A stretch of DNA of 64,000 bases from Bradymonadia bacterium. Its GTDB lineage: Bacteria > Myxococcota_A > Bradymonadia > UBA7976 > UBA1532. The stretch's first letter is position 1. Every line of letters starts with the position of its first letter. The stretch is from assembly GCA_046290225.1 (NCBI GenBank), contig JBKAGE010000038.1, forward strand, positions 224,001 to 288,000, given 5' to 3'. The notes beneath the pieces are model-generated. The model was given only the letters and a program-made list of their open reading frames with translations, was not told where the DNA came from and did not search any database. Below are positions 45,201-53,384 of the stretch, piece by piece. Both the position numbers and the translations under genes were made by a program.

Positions 45201-45359
45201 GGGCTCTGCATCGGCGACGACCGCACCGTTGTTGTTGCCCCCACCATCGTCGCAGGCAATGGTGAGCGCGCAGAGGGCCAGCAACCATGTCCAGGTCAGC
45301 GCGGTGCGACTCAGCCCCTTTTGGCTCAGCGCGGTGGGGCGCGGCGCAATATAACGCAT
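39276..45359 (-). CDS. giant surface lipoprotein with ~26 Cys/Asp-rich (CNGxDDDCDG; MopE-related metal-binding) repeats and a fibrinogen-like C-terminus
   Basis: Lipobox TIAC; 26 repeats counted by eye; SCL...SG...VWCDQNTDGGGWT. Confidence 0.9.
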   Translation of the reverse strand: MRYIAPRPTALSQKGLSRTALTWTWLLALCALTIACDDGGGNNNGAVVADAEPIEIDGGAGAGGEGGAGAEGGAPGGAGGEAGGMGGAAGECRDGDVRDCPDDPCGGGTQSCDAGTWGECQWPEDVCNGEDDDCDGRADEDFPELGNPCTEGLGLCAEEGSMVCGPNGQDVQCNVTAGAPSVELCNGEDDDCDGTTDEGEGGNPLTEPCYEGPEGSEGIGTCAGGRRVCTEGAYGACEGQVIPGLELCGEGDEDCDGNVDEGYEQIGEACVVGLGQCTAMGQLACDEMRGALICAGNPLPPGEEQCSGIDEDCDGNIDEGVQCRCALGEERPCYGGPQDTQGIGVCRGGVQTCDDEGIFGLCVGEQRPDVERCDGLDNDCDTRLDEGFPELGQACEQGVGQCRVQGLISCDPNGQGTRCDALPLPPQMELCNELDDDCDGITDEDFDIGGACTVGVGACENVGMSQCDLDGNLRCNVSPGFPGLETCNGIDDDCDGRTDEGGNGQPLRRICYEGPEGSEGQGLCQGGSQACVDGDFGVCEGQVIPVDETCDGLDQDCDGRFDEDFSPGSACTEGLGACAADGVFLCSELGGVICTAQPGEPIQERCNGIDDDCDGVTDEGFEGVGAACQLGIGQCRREGVVVCQPNGEGLRCDAVPAAPSPELCDGEDNDCDGQADEALLEVACYDGPEGTRRVGLCADGRQACVAGAPGLCVGQQGPVDDVCDGEDNDCDGTTDEAQAPCYDGPEGSEGVGQCAPGVRACAGGVPGACIEQVLPSLEICDGVDNDCNGVIDDGVDCNCEPGERRACYGGPEGTEGVGLCQAGTQVCQPQGGFGPCEAQITPQAELCDGEDNDCDGQADENLDGIGADCSTGVGQCRRGGQVVCAPDAGGLSCNATPGVSVDEACNGLDDDCDGQADEGLGLGDACTEGLGICAADGVLQCGEGGAVVCSAIAGESRGETCDGADEDCDGNVDEGGNGQPLVGVCYTGPAGTEGVGLCRGGEALCAEGSLGQCNGQVLPTNERCNGLDEDCDGRIDEGFGVGNVCFAGLGICRDEGTLACNGNGGVACVADIGEPQDETCNGLDDDCDGSFDEGPNGGALTEVCYTGAEGTLDQGLCRAGNRTCAGGAFGQCQNEITPRNERCDEADNDCDGSVDEDFDLGTACIRGLGLCAVEGQLVCDVERIGTTCGGAQGPSPVAELCNGLDDDCDGATDENFNNLGQPCLSGIGACLAQGTFACSAGGDRVVCDAELGQPQPELCNGEDDDCDSFTDENPTDVGQPCFAGVGICAVEGVVQCDEIFERSFCDATPGEPGVETCDGEDDDCDGNIDEDAIAGAPCSVGIGACEVQGATVCGPDGEQVCDAVAGDPQAEVCNGVDDDCDGTTDEGFDLGDPCSGGIGRCAFDGATVCNAQGEIVCSDPGGVPVPEACNDFDDDCDGNIDEGFDTIGQACQVGVGICVSGGVNVCSGTPEQEALAFTGVRNDLTVAEAEAGGFELCWLEVYEEGQTTINNADPVTGNPPILGRCDEDVLLMGCRRIGSEALSVAAMGDRAEILEPTEFAERRPENEHNGVNWYFNIDYAWGFAPAGVEIDVFTCDRVENVASNQRVCWYTSDDKVRPGFRCGEEIVNASGIWERFIFHRSGTATDGAVGVAVCGADPLPPEIEACNTFDDDCDGTVDEGFDLGTACVSGIGGCAAPGQVICGLDGAATCSAEAAPPEDELCNGIDDDCDGSTDEDFALESDCIVGVGACQAEGEIECDLQTGEAVCDATPEPPGQEVCNAFDDDCDGISDEGVENCVVYPSCLAARQAGEVNSGIQIIQPDPGSRGFEVWCDQNTDGGGWTTVASSAVPSNGRGSGTMDDRVIDGGDYLSSLAPRGLSTGVWGGMLALGDRFDIRFACRDHRAGSSFDPMTVDLSFYDNGWYAEIVSGIDADSCFFTPDEPVGPPPARRNNLTGMEIDAGVNWGQGQLVAEDSCADGGDFIIDFNDGGSRGNRSDGTDWGEYNAARVCGTSNLATGQWMILVRETQ

Positions 45360-45506
45360 AGGTGATCTTTCGTGCGGGAGTGTCCGGTGAAGTGTGCTCA
45401 ATGATTCTGCCGGATAACGGGGGTCGACGCACTGTTGAATTTCCCAAGTGGATTCCAGTGGCCCCGATTGTGTAAACAAGGCCATCGAACCGCCTCAGGA
45501 GTTCCG

Positions 45507-48245
45507 ATGCATACTCTCCATCGCCGCCCTCTTCGGGGCTGGTCTCACGGCACCCTCGCCGTCCTCTTCGCCACCGGCATCACCCTCGCAGGGTGCGATG
45601 ACGACTCTGGTGAATCTACCCCCACCCCTGACGCCATGGCAGGTGCCGGCGGCGACACAGGAGGTGTCGGTGGTGAAGCCGGCGGCGCAGGTGGCGAAGC
45701 AGGCGCTGGGGGTGTTGTCGGCGGTGCTGGTGGCGAAGCGGGTATGGGTGGTGAGCCCGGTGGTGCCGGCGGCATGGGCGGAGATCCAGGCGGCGCAGGC
45801 GGCATGGGTGGAGATCCGGGCGGCGCAGGTGGCATGGGTGGCGACCCAGGCGGCATGGGCGGCATGGGCGGTGCTGGTGGCATGGGCGGAGATCCCGGTG
45901 GTGCCGGCGGCATGGGCGGAGACCCCGGTGGTATGGGCGGAATGGGCGGAATGGGCGGTATGCCCATGCCTGTGGAGTTCTCCACCGGGCCACTGCCAGA
46001 GACCCCATTCCCCCGTGGGCACATCGTCGCCCTCAGCGGCGAAGACGACGCGGCATACGTGGCCTGGATCCAGGACGGCATGCTGTGGGCGGCATGGTCC
46101 CCCGAGGCCGGCATGCTCGGCGAAGCGACACCCATCGTCGACGAAGTCATCGCCCCTGCCGAGCTGCAGGGCGCCTTTGTGAACGGCCGTTGGTGGGTGG
46201 TGGTGCCCACGGCCCCCGACGGCGCACTGGTGGCCATCGACCTCGCCGCTGATCCTGAAGATGTTGAGGGCCGCATCGAACTGGGCATGCTCGCTGACTT
46301 CGACGAGGGCGAGACCCCGCGCTATGCCCTCGCTCAGAGTGGCGAGACCGTGCTGGTGGTCGGTCGCGGGATCCCCCGTGACATCACCGAGCGCGTCGAC
46401 GGCGCCCCCCTGAACCTGCGCACGCTTCAAGGCAACCAGCGCGGCCCGCTGTTGAGCGACGGCCAGGGCCTGCCGTTCCCCATGACCATCGCCCCCGCTT
46501 TGGATGGTTGGGTCATGGGGGCTCTGGGCCACTGCGCCTGGTGGACCGACGAGCTGGTGTACCAGGGCCGTTGGCGCTGCCCCGATCTCGTGGCCGGTGG
46601 CCTCGTCGGCGAGGGTGAGCACCTGACCTTCGTGGGTGATCTGGCCGACGCCGCTGACCCCATGAGCGTGATGGGGGCCATGCAGGGGGCGACCCCGGGA
46701 GTGAGCCCCCTCGAGGCACCCTTCGTCGATCTCCCAGGCGCCCCCGATCTGGGCCACGCCTTGCTTCAACGCACTGGGGTGAGCGGCGATCAGCTGGCCC
46801 TCATCCAGGGTGTCAACGCTGAGGCTGGCGACGAGGTCTCGCTTGTCTTTGCCGACGCTGACGGCACCACCCGCGTGGCCATGCCTGGCGGTGAAGACGC
46901 CGCCCCAGTGATGGCGGTCATCTCCACGGAGAACCGACTTGAGCTTGTGGTCGTGGAAGACGAGAGCGTAGCGCTGATGGCCACCGCCGGCGAGGCCGGG
47001 CCGGAGACGCCCGCGTATGCGCGGCCCGACGAGGCCTGCCCACAGGCCCTGGTGGCACCGGAAGACTGCTCCCCACAGGACCGCGACTGCGATGGCAACC
47101 CCACCAACGGCCTCTGCTGTGCCGAAGAGCAGCCCCTCTTCGAGGGCTCGTTCTCTCGACGACTCCGCGTGGGCCAGCAAGGCTTGCCAGCGCCCACGGC
47201 GCTCACCCCCGACGGTGATGGGGTGTTCTTCGCCATCGATGTGGTCCCCACCCCCCTCGACCCCCGACGCAACGACGTGATCATGGGTCAGGTGAGCCTC
47301 GACGGTGAGCAGACCGAGATCCTGAACACCTTCAGCCTGATGCACGATCCCAGCATGTTCCGGGTCACCGACAACGCCGTGGTCTTCACCGCCCTGGCAG
47401 AAGACACCGACTTGCCGGTGCTGCTCTGGTACCTGCCTCAGATGGACGGTGAGTGGGTGACCTCTCAGAGCAACGCGCCTTGTGATCCCATCCTGGAGAT
47501 GGAGCTCGTGGAGGGTGATCGCCTTCGAGTGTACTGCCCTGATGGCATTCGTCAGGTGCCTCATGGTGGTGGGGGCTTCGCCGACATCGAGGTGGTCCGC
47601 TACCCCGATAACGTGCGCGATGTGCGCTGGATCCGGCGCCGCAGCTTCTCTGGCCCTGTGGAGAACGGCTCCGAAGAGTTGCTGGTGGCCACAGGCGTGG
47701 ACTATCAGCTGCGTCACTGGCGCAGCGACCTCTCTGGCGGCGCGGTCATCGTCGAAGACGAACTGCCTCACGAGGAGCTCGATCTCCTCGGCGCCGGCGA
47801 CTTCTTCGATCGTGAAGACGCAGTGTATGGCCCAGTGGCCCCAGGGGGTTACATGGTCCGCCGCACCCGCCGGCGCTGGCTCGAGGTCTTCGTGCCGGGG
47901 TATGGCTGGTCCCCGGTCCCCGGCTCGACCTGGCCCCTCGAGGCCCACGCCACCGCGGATTTGCCCTTCGCAGTGCAGTCCGTCTACCTCGGCCGTCGCC
48001 GCGATGCAGATCTGCGTATGCTCCCGGTGAGCTTCTTCGTGCACGATTTGCGGCCCGGTGGGGCCTGGTGGGGTCGCCCGCTGGTCTTCGAAGGGGGCCA
48101 GGTGGCCACCATCAACCACCGCAGCTTCGGCCTCACTGATTTCGCAGATGAAGAGGGATTGCCCCGGATGATGTTGCTGCGGGACAGCGATGAAGGCCGG
48201 GGCTATGTCACCGGCGTCTCGATCTCCTGCGGCGAGGCCCCTTGA
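45507..48245 (+). CDS. large acidic lipoprotein with a Gly-rich stalk and beta-rich domains
   Basis: RBS AGGAG, lipobox LAGC, GGAGGMGGDP repeats, one EDCSPQDRDCDG motif. Confidence 0.85.
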   Translation: MHTLHRRPLRGWSHGTLAVLFATGITLAGCDDDSGESTPTPDAMAGAGGDTGGVGGEAGGAGGEAGAGGVVGGAGGEAGMGGEPGGAGGMGGDPGGAGGMGGDPGGAGGMGGDPGGMGGMGGAGGMGGDPGGAGGMGGDPGGMGGMGGMGGMPMPVEFSTGPLPETPFPRGHIVALSGEDDAAYVAWIQDGMLWAAWSPEAGMLGEATPIVDEVIAPAELQGAFVNGRWWVVVPTAPDGALVAIDLAADPEDVEGRIELGMLADFDEGETPRYALAQSGETVLVVGRGIPRDITERVDGAPLNLRTLQGNQRGPLLSDGQGLPFPMTIAPALDGWVMGALGHCAWWTDELVYQGRWRCPDLVAGGLVGEGEHLTFVGDLADAADPMSVMGAMQGATPGVSPLEAPFVDLPGAPDLGHALLQRTGVSGDQLALIQGVNAEAGDEVSLVFADADGTTRVAMPGGEDAAPVMAVISTENRLELVVVEDESVALMATAGEAGPETPAYARPDEACPQALVAPEDCSPQDRDCDGNPTNGLCCAEEQPLFEGSFSRRLRVGQQGLPAPTALTPDGDGVFFAIDVVPTPLDPRRNDVIMGQVSLDGEQTEILNTFSLMHDPSMFRVTDNAVVFTALAEDTDLPVLLWYLPQMDGEWVTSQSNAPCDPILEMELVEGDRLRVYCPDGIRQVPHGGGGFADIEVVRYPDNVRDVRWIRRRSFSGPVENGSEELLVATGVDYQLRHWRSDLSGGAVIVEDELPHEELDLLGAGDFFDREDAVYGPVAPGGYMVRRTRRRWLEVFVPGYGWSPVPGSTWPLEAHATADLPFAVQSVYLGRRRDADLRMLPVSFFVHDLRPGGAWWGRPLVFEGGQVATINHRSFGLTDFADEEGLPRMMLLRDSDEGRGYVTGVSISCGEAP
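45722..45962 (+). repeat. coding tandem repeat with a ~30-nt unit (GGAGGMGGDP)
   Basis: Repeated ggcggcgcaggcggcatgggtggagatccg-like units with synonymous variation. Confidence 0.85.
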
Positions 48246-48281
48246 GGATCTACTGAGCACCCCATCGCAGCCTGCCGAGCC

Positions 48282-49064
48282 TCAGAACAGGTTGTACCCG
48301 CCGTCTACTCGAACCACCTGCCCAGTCATGTACGAGGCTTCGTCCGAGGCCAGGTACACCACAATGTCCGCAATCTCCGAAGGCTGGCCGTAGCGCTTCT
48401 GAGCAGCGCGGTCGGTGTACATTTTGGCGAACTCGGGGTTCTCGGTGAGGCCCGCGGCGAGGCGGGTCTCCACGAGGCCAGGAGCCACAGCGTTGACACG
48501 GATGCCCAAGGGGCCGAGTTCGAGAGCGAAGGTCTGCGTCATGCTGATCATGGCGGCCTTGCTCATGCCGTACACCCCCTGAAGCGGCGCCGCCCCGAGC
48601 CCGGCGACGCTGGAGATGTTGATGATGCTCCCGGGCTTCTTGGCAGCAACCAGGGCCCCAGCCACAGCCTGAATCAGCGAGAAGGGCCCCTTGAGGTTCA
48701 CCTCCATCGTCTTGTCCCAGGCGGTCTCGGGGGTGTTGATGATGGGCCCGTAATAGGGGTTGGTGGCAGCATTGTTCACCAGGATGTCAGGCAGGCCAGG
48801 CCCCGCCTCGCTCCCCATCCAGGACAACAGCTCGGTGATGTGCTCTTGCTGGCCCACGTGGCACACACGGCCGATGACCTGACCACCGGTCTCCGCGACG
48901 ATGGCCTCTGCGGCGGCCTCGATGGCGGGCTGCTTGCGAGAGACGATGACCACCGTGGCCCCCTCCTCGGCGAAGCGGGTGGCGATGGCGTGGCCGATGC
49001 CCCGGCTGGCGCCGGTGACGAGGGCGATGCGGCCGTGAAGACGGCCTGGGCGTTCAGTCTGCAT
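48282..49064 (-). CDS. short-chain dehydrogenase/reductase
   Basis: TGASRGIG, NNAA, YGMSK, VNAVAPG, VDGG. Confidence 0.96.
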   Translation of the reverse strand: MQTERPGRLHGRIALVTGASRGIGHAIATRFAEEGATVVIVSRKQPAIEAAAEAIVAETGGQVIGRVCHVGQQEHITELLSWMGSEAGPGLPDILVNNAATNPYYGPIINTPETAWDKTMEVNLKGPFSLIQAVAGALVAAKKPGSIINISSVAGLGAAPLQGVYGMSKAAMISMTQTFALELGPLGIRVNAVAPGLVETRLAAGLTENPEFAKMYTDRAAQKRYGQPSEIADIVVYLASDEASYMTGQVVRVDGGYNLF

Positions 49065-49154
49065 GGATTGCGTGCTCCGCGACCTCGTGGTCGCTGTCTC
49101 GGCTCGAAGAATGGCCGAGACACAGAGCACCTGACGTGAGTCGGTGGGGTGCGT

Positions 49155-49844
49155 CTACCTCTTGGCCATGGCGATGCCGTTGAGCATACGCCAGGCCCGG
49201 GACATTCGGCGAGACATCCGTGTGGCCCGCCGCAGACCGTTCTCCATGCGCAGCCGCGCCATCTTGGCTTGCTTCTTGGCGTAGCGGTGCTCTTTGCGCA
49301 TCGTCTTCATCTGCGCCCGCACCCCCTCCATGCCCATGGGCCGGGCAGCCTCGAGCCGTGGGGGCTCGGGGGTGTCGCTGATGTCGATCTCCAGGGTGGG
49401 CACCTTCACAGTGGACTGCCCCGAGCGCAGCTGGTCCCGGGCGGCCTTGAGGCGCTCGATCTGCTTCTCGATGGCGGTAAGGGTGGTGATGCGGTCCGCC
49501 GCCCACCGTGCATCTCGGATCACGTCGGGGTGGGTGGCGTCGAGGGCGAGGTACAGCACGTGATGAATCGCCTCGCGCATGTCCTGACCTGGAGAGATGG
49601 CCCGGCTGGCGCTGCGCCACACCTCTTCGGCCTTGCCGTGCTCGTCGCGCTCGAGGTGACCAGCCACCTTCCGCAGCGCGGTCTTCTTCAGGCCCTTGGG
49701 GGTCTTGTCGGCCTTGGCGATGCGCATGAGCATGCGAGCATCCTCGCTCACCCCCTCCGCGAGGGCAGGGGTCGCCCAGAGCAGAGATGCGACGGCCAGC
49801 AAGAGGCCTGAAGCGCCGAGCTTTCGGGAGTGTGTGCTCACCAT
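49155..49844 (-). CDS. secreted basic helical hypothetical protein
   Basis: RBS GGAGGGG, signal peptide ending ALA, GC3-biased frame. Confidence 0.75.
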   Translation of the reverse strand: MVSTHSRKLGASGLLLAVASLLWATPALAEGVSEDARMLMRIAKADKTPKGLKKTALRKVAGHLERDEHGKAEEVWRSASRAISPGQDMREAIHHVLYLALDATHPDVIRDARWAADRITTLTAIEKQIERLKAARDQLRSGQSTVKVPTLEIDISDTPEPPRLEAARPMGMEGVRAQMKTMRKEHRYAKKQAKMARLRMENGLRRATRMSRRMSRAWRMLNGIAMAKR

Positions 49845-50065
49845 GTTCCCCTCCAGAGGTCCGTACTGGGCCCCTATCGATTCGCCCGCCATCTGTCTCT
49901 CGCGACACGCTCTTCAGAAAGAGCGGGTCTCTTTTGTTTACCGAAAAATTCGGTATGAGACGAACGGTGGCTGCAGTTCTTTCATCAAATCTGAATTTTT
50001 CTGCGCGTATCCGTTGTTTTTATCCCTCGCCGCAGTGTGTACGCTCAGATTCACCTTTCGATCTC

Positions 50066-50225
50066 ATCGCACTCTGCAATCGGATTGAGTGTGAGTGCTT
50101 GCCTTGAGGGCAGATTTCGAGGTTGAAGATGCTCGACGATGCTTCGGCATCGCCTGCGCTCTTCGCCCCCGAACTCTGACCTCAATCCTGCGCCCTCCCG
50201 ACTCAATCCGATTGCAGAGCACGAT
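50066..50225. repeat. 160-bp long imperfect hairpin with 25-bp terminal inverted repeats
   Basis: ATCGCACTCTGCAATCGGATTGAGT ... ACTCAATCCGATTGCAGAGCACGAT (2 mismatches); internal CGATGC-TTCG-GCATCG hairpin. Confidence 0.8.
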
Positions 50226-50273
50226 CAGGCCTTCGCCGACAGTGCATGCTGTCACAATCCGAGGAGAGGCACC

Positions 50274-51548
50274 ATGCCTGCTCAGAGCGCCACCAGCGCG
50301 TCCATCCGCTGGGGCCGTACGCTCACCATCGCACTGATCGCTGCAGGGGCCGCTGCCACGGGCCTGTTTCTCTATCTGAGATCACCTGTGGAGCCGCCCA
50401 AAGGTCCTGCACAACCTGAGGGCGAATCTTTTTCTGCAGGTGTCACTGCGGCCTTCGATGGTGCAGATCGCCAGCGCCAACGGCTCGCCGTCGACCTGAC
50501 CCCTGTGGGGCAGTTCGAGCTGCCCACCGACATTCAGTTCGCCCCCAATGGACTGATGATCGTCCTGCAGAAGCAGGGCGGCGCTCGCTGGCATGACCTC
50601 GAGACCGGAGAGCAGGGCACATGGTTCGACACCAAAGTGCTCACCCGATCAGAGCAGGGGCTGTTGGGTCTTGCCTTCCACCCTGATTATTCGGCGAACG
50701 GCAAGATCTACCTGAACATGGTGGTCTCGAAGCGGGGCAAGCCCTTCACCCGCATTCAGGTCTGGCAGATGCCCCAGGGGGCCAGCATCAAGGACACAGC
50801 CCCAACCCCCGGGCCAGTGCTCATGGATGTATTGCAGCCCTACGCCAACCACAACGCCGGCCAGGTGGCCTTTGGCCCCGACGGGTTTCTATACGTGGGC
50901 CTTGGCGACGGCGGCCACGCCAATGATCCACACGATCATGGGCAGAACACTCGGAGCTTTCTGGGATCGATGTTGCGCCTCGACGTCGATCACCCAGCAC
51001 TAGGCAAGCCATATGGGATCCCGAAGGACAACCCCTTCGTCGGTCAGGACACCCACAAGCCGGAGATGTGGGCGGTGGGTCTGCGCAACCCCTGGCGATA
51101 CAGCTTTACCCCCGATGGCCGCCTCGTCACCGGCGACGTGGGCCAGAACAAGTGGGAGGAGATCACGTTCGTCCCCAAGGGTGGAAACCTGGGCTGGCGC
51201 CTCAGAGAAGCCGCGCACTGCTTCAAGCCTGCTCGGGACTGCGTCGTCGATGGGTTGACCGACCCGGTGTACACATACAGCCACGCTGAGGGGCGCTCGG
51301 TGACAGGAGGCTTTGTCGCCACAGGTGATCAGGTGCCTGCCCTGAAGGGCATGTACGTCTTCGGCGACTTTGTCTCGGGGCGCCTGTGGGCCATGAAGCT
51401 GCCCGCGGATGATGCTCAGGTGAAAGATGTGACCACCCTCGGTCGATGGCCGATCAGCCCCTCCTCTTTTGGTCGTGATGCCCAGGGTCAACTCTATGTG
51501 GCGGACTTCCGGGGCGGCCAGGTCTACCGTTTGACGGTGGTTCGATGA
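50274..51548 (+). CDS. PQQ-dependent soluble sugar (glucose/sorbosone) dehydrogenase family protein
   Basis: EQGLLGLAFHPDY, NHNAG..FGPDGFLYVGLGDGG, GLRNPWR, DVGQNKWEE. Confidence 0.94.
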   Translation: MPAQSATSASIRWGRTLTIALIAAGAAATGLFLYLRSPVEPPKGPAQPEGESFSAGVTAAFDGADRQRQRLAVDLTPVGQFELPTDIQFAPNGLMIVLQKQGGARWHDLETGEQGTWFDTKVLTRSEQGLLGLAFHPDYSANGKIYLNMVVSKRGKPFTRIQVWQMPQGASIKDTAPTPGPVLMDVLQPYANHNAGQVAFGPDGFLYVGLGDGGHANDPHDHGQNTRSFLGSMLRLDVDHPALGKPYGIPKDNPFVGQDTHKPEMWAVGLRNPWRYSFTPDGRLVTGDVGQNKWEEITFVPKGGNLGWRLREAAHCFKPARDCVVDGLTDPVYTYSHAEGRSVTGGFVATGDQVPALKGMYVFGDFVSGRLWAMKLPADDAQVKDVTTLGRWPISPSSFGRDAQGQLYVADFRGGQVYRLTVVR

Positions 51549-51561
51549 TCCCCTGCAACGC

Positions 51562-52023
51562 TCAGGCAAGCTCCCCAGAGACATAGGTTTCGAAGACCAC
51601 CAGATCCACAGAGGCCTGCTCACCCACTGCGGTCATCACCTCTTTGACTGAGAGCCACGACAACCCACCGAGCCCTGCGCCGATCCGCGGCAACCCAATG
51701 CGCTTGACCCCGCGCCGCTCTGCACCTCTCACCATCTGCTCCAGGGCCTGCTCCACGGCCCACAGTTCGGCTTTGGACCGCCAATGGGCCTGGGTGCCCA
51801 GATTGAAGATCGTCTCGCACGCAGTGGGCCACTCGAAGACATCACCGAGGGTGAATGTACCCTCGAGGCACCTCTGCCGATATGCGCGGTACATGGCCGG
51901 ATAGCGCCGCTTGAAGGGCACAGCGATGCCCTTGCCCATTGATCCCGCGCAATTGCATCCATGGGCGAGGCCGTCGAGGCCATCGAAGTGAAACAGGTCT
52001 CCGGAGATGTACTGAACCGACAT
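51562..52023 (-). CDS. macro domain protein (Poa1p/TARG1/DarG-like ADP-ribose hydrolase)
   Basis: GDLF, HGCNCAGSMGKGIAVPFK, IFNLGT, LPRIGAGLGGLSW. Confidence 0.92.
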   Translation of the reverse strand: MSVQYISGDLFHFDGLDGLAHGCNCAGSMGKGIAVPFKRRYPAMYRAYRQRCLEGTFTLGDVFEWPTACETIFNLGTQAHWRSKAELWAVEQALEQMVRGAERRGVKRIGLPRIGAGLGGLSWLSVKEVMTAVGEQASVDLVVFETYVSGELA

Positions 52024-52175
52024 GGGGAACCTCTGAACGTTTGGTCAGAGCACCATAGCGAGGCCCCACCTTAACGTAAACAGAACACGAACCAATTCTC
52101 TCGTCGCCCCGACCTTGATCCACGGCGGTGGATGTCGCACACTTCCCCATTCTCTTCTGCCCCTGGGAGTCCGAG

Positions 52176-53372
52176 ATGGTGCCCACCCGCATGCTCCGAG
52201 CGCCCATCATGCTGTATCTGGCCTGCGTCGGGGCGCTGTCCGCCTGCGCAGATAGCCTCCCCTCGGAGGCGCCAGCCCCTGAAGAGAGCGCCAACGCAGG
52301 TGAGGGTGCCTACCTCGGCCACGATGTCAGCGCCGACTTTGAAGAGTTCGCCGCAGACGGCAAGGCCGACGCGCTCCCAAAGCGGTTCGATCAGGCGTGG
52401 CTGATGTCCGACGCCTTCTTCACCCAAGCAGACGCGATCACGGCAGACGATCTGCAGGCCTTCCTCGAGGCCACCCCTTACGACAAACGATCCTGGCTCG
52501 CTGACGAGATGGTCGGCGACTTACGGGCCGCCGACGCCATTGTCGCCGCTGGCCAGCATCAGGGCATCAACCCCGTGGTGCTCCTCGCCCGCATGCAGGT
52601 GGAGATGGGGGCCATCAGCAAGAGCGATCGCCCCAGCCGCCGCGCTGTTGACTTCGCCTTCGGCTGTGGCTGCCCCGACAACCGCCAGTGCATCGAGAGC
52701 TTTCGAGGCCTCGACAAGCAGATGGAGTGTGCAGCCGAGGTCATGCGAGAGCACTTCGACGGCTCTGTCGCCGGCACGGGCCAGTGGCGAGTGGGCAAAT
52801 CGAAGCGCACCCTCGACCGCATCTCGGTGGCGCCTCAAAACCACGCCACGGCCGCCCTCTACAGCTACACCCCCTGGGTGCTCCGAGGCCGCGGTGGCAA
52901 CTGGCTGGTCTGGAACGTCACCCGTAAGTTCGAGCAGTTCTTCCGAGACAAGGGCGCGTTGAGCGTACCCGAGGGCTGCCTCGGGGCCGCTTCGAGCGGT
53001 CTGCCCCCCTTCGTCGGCGCCCCCTGCAGCTGTGAATCGGACTGCGGCTTCGTGGCTCAGGGTCAGAGCGGCTGGTGCCACCCTGCGGGCTTTTGCACCA
53101 TCGGCTGCGAGGGCACCTGCCCGGATCGCAGTGGTTACGCCTCAACTTTCTGCATCTCCAGCAGCAACGGCGCCCTCGGCGGCATCTGCGCCTCCCAGGC
53201 CAGCGACGTCAACGGCGACTGCGCCGATCTCCCTGGCACCCTCGATCGCCCTCGCGAGCGCTATGTCGGCAGCAGCGGCGCCTCACCGCGCAGCGCTGTG
53301 GTGTGTGTGCCTGCAGAGGACGCCTTCGAGGATGGCTCCGACAGCAATGGCTCTGGCAGCGATCACGAGTGA
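52176..53372 (+). CDS. lipoprotein with a lysozyme-like (putative peptidoglycan hydrolase) domain and Cys-rich C-terminus
   Basis: Lipobox LSAC, GKAD, INPVVLLARMQVEMG, FGCGCPD, PQNHATAALYSYTPW. Confidence 0.65.
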   Translation: MVPTRMLRAPIMLYLACVGALSACADSLPSEAPAPEESANAGEGAYLGHDVSADFEEFAADGKADALPKRFDQAWLMSDAFFTQADAITADDLQAFLEATPYDKRSWLADEMVGDLRAADAIVAAGQHQGINPVVLLARMQVEMGAISKSDRPSRRAVDFAFGCGCPDNRQCIESFRGLDKQMECAAEVMREHFDGSVAGTGQWRVGKSKRTLDRISVAPQNHATAALYSYTPWVLRGRGGNWLVWNVTRKFEQFFRDKGALSVPEGCLGAASSGLPPFVGAPCSCESDCGFVAQGQSGWCHPAGFCTIGCEGTCPDRSGYASTFCISSSNGALGGICASQASDVNGDCADLPGTLDRPRERYVGSSGASPRSAVVCVPAEDAFEDGSDSNGSGSDHE

Positions 53373-53384
53373 GGGAGTGAGCAG

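Noticed and set aside
39276..45359. Diversity-generating retroelement or DNA-level repeat array in the giant gene
   Set aside because: Repeats are conserved at the protein level with synonymous divergence; no reverse transcriptase or adenine-specific TR/VR pair was seen.
51562..52023. DarTG toxin-antitoxin system
   Set aside because: No DarT-like neighbour and no DarG C-terminal domain.
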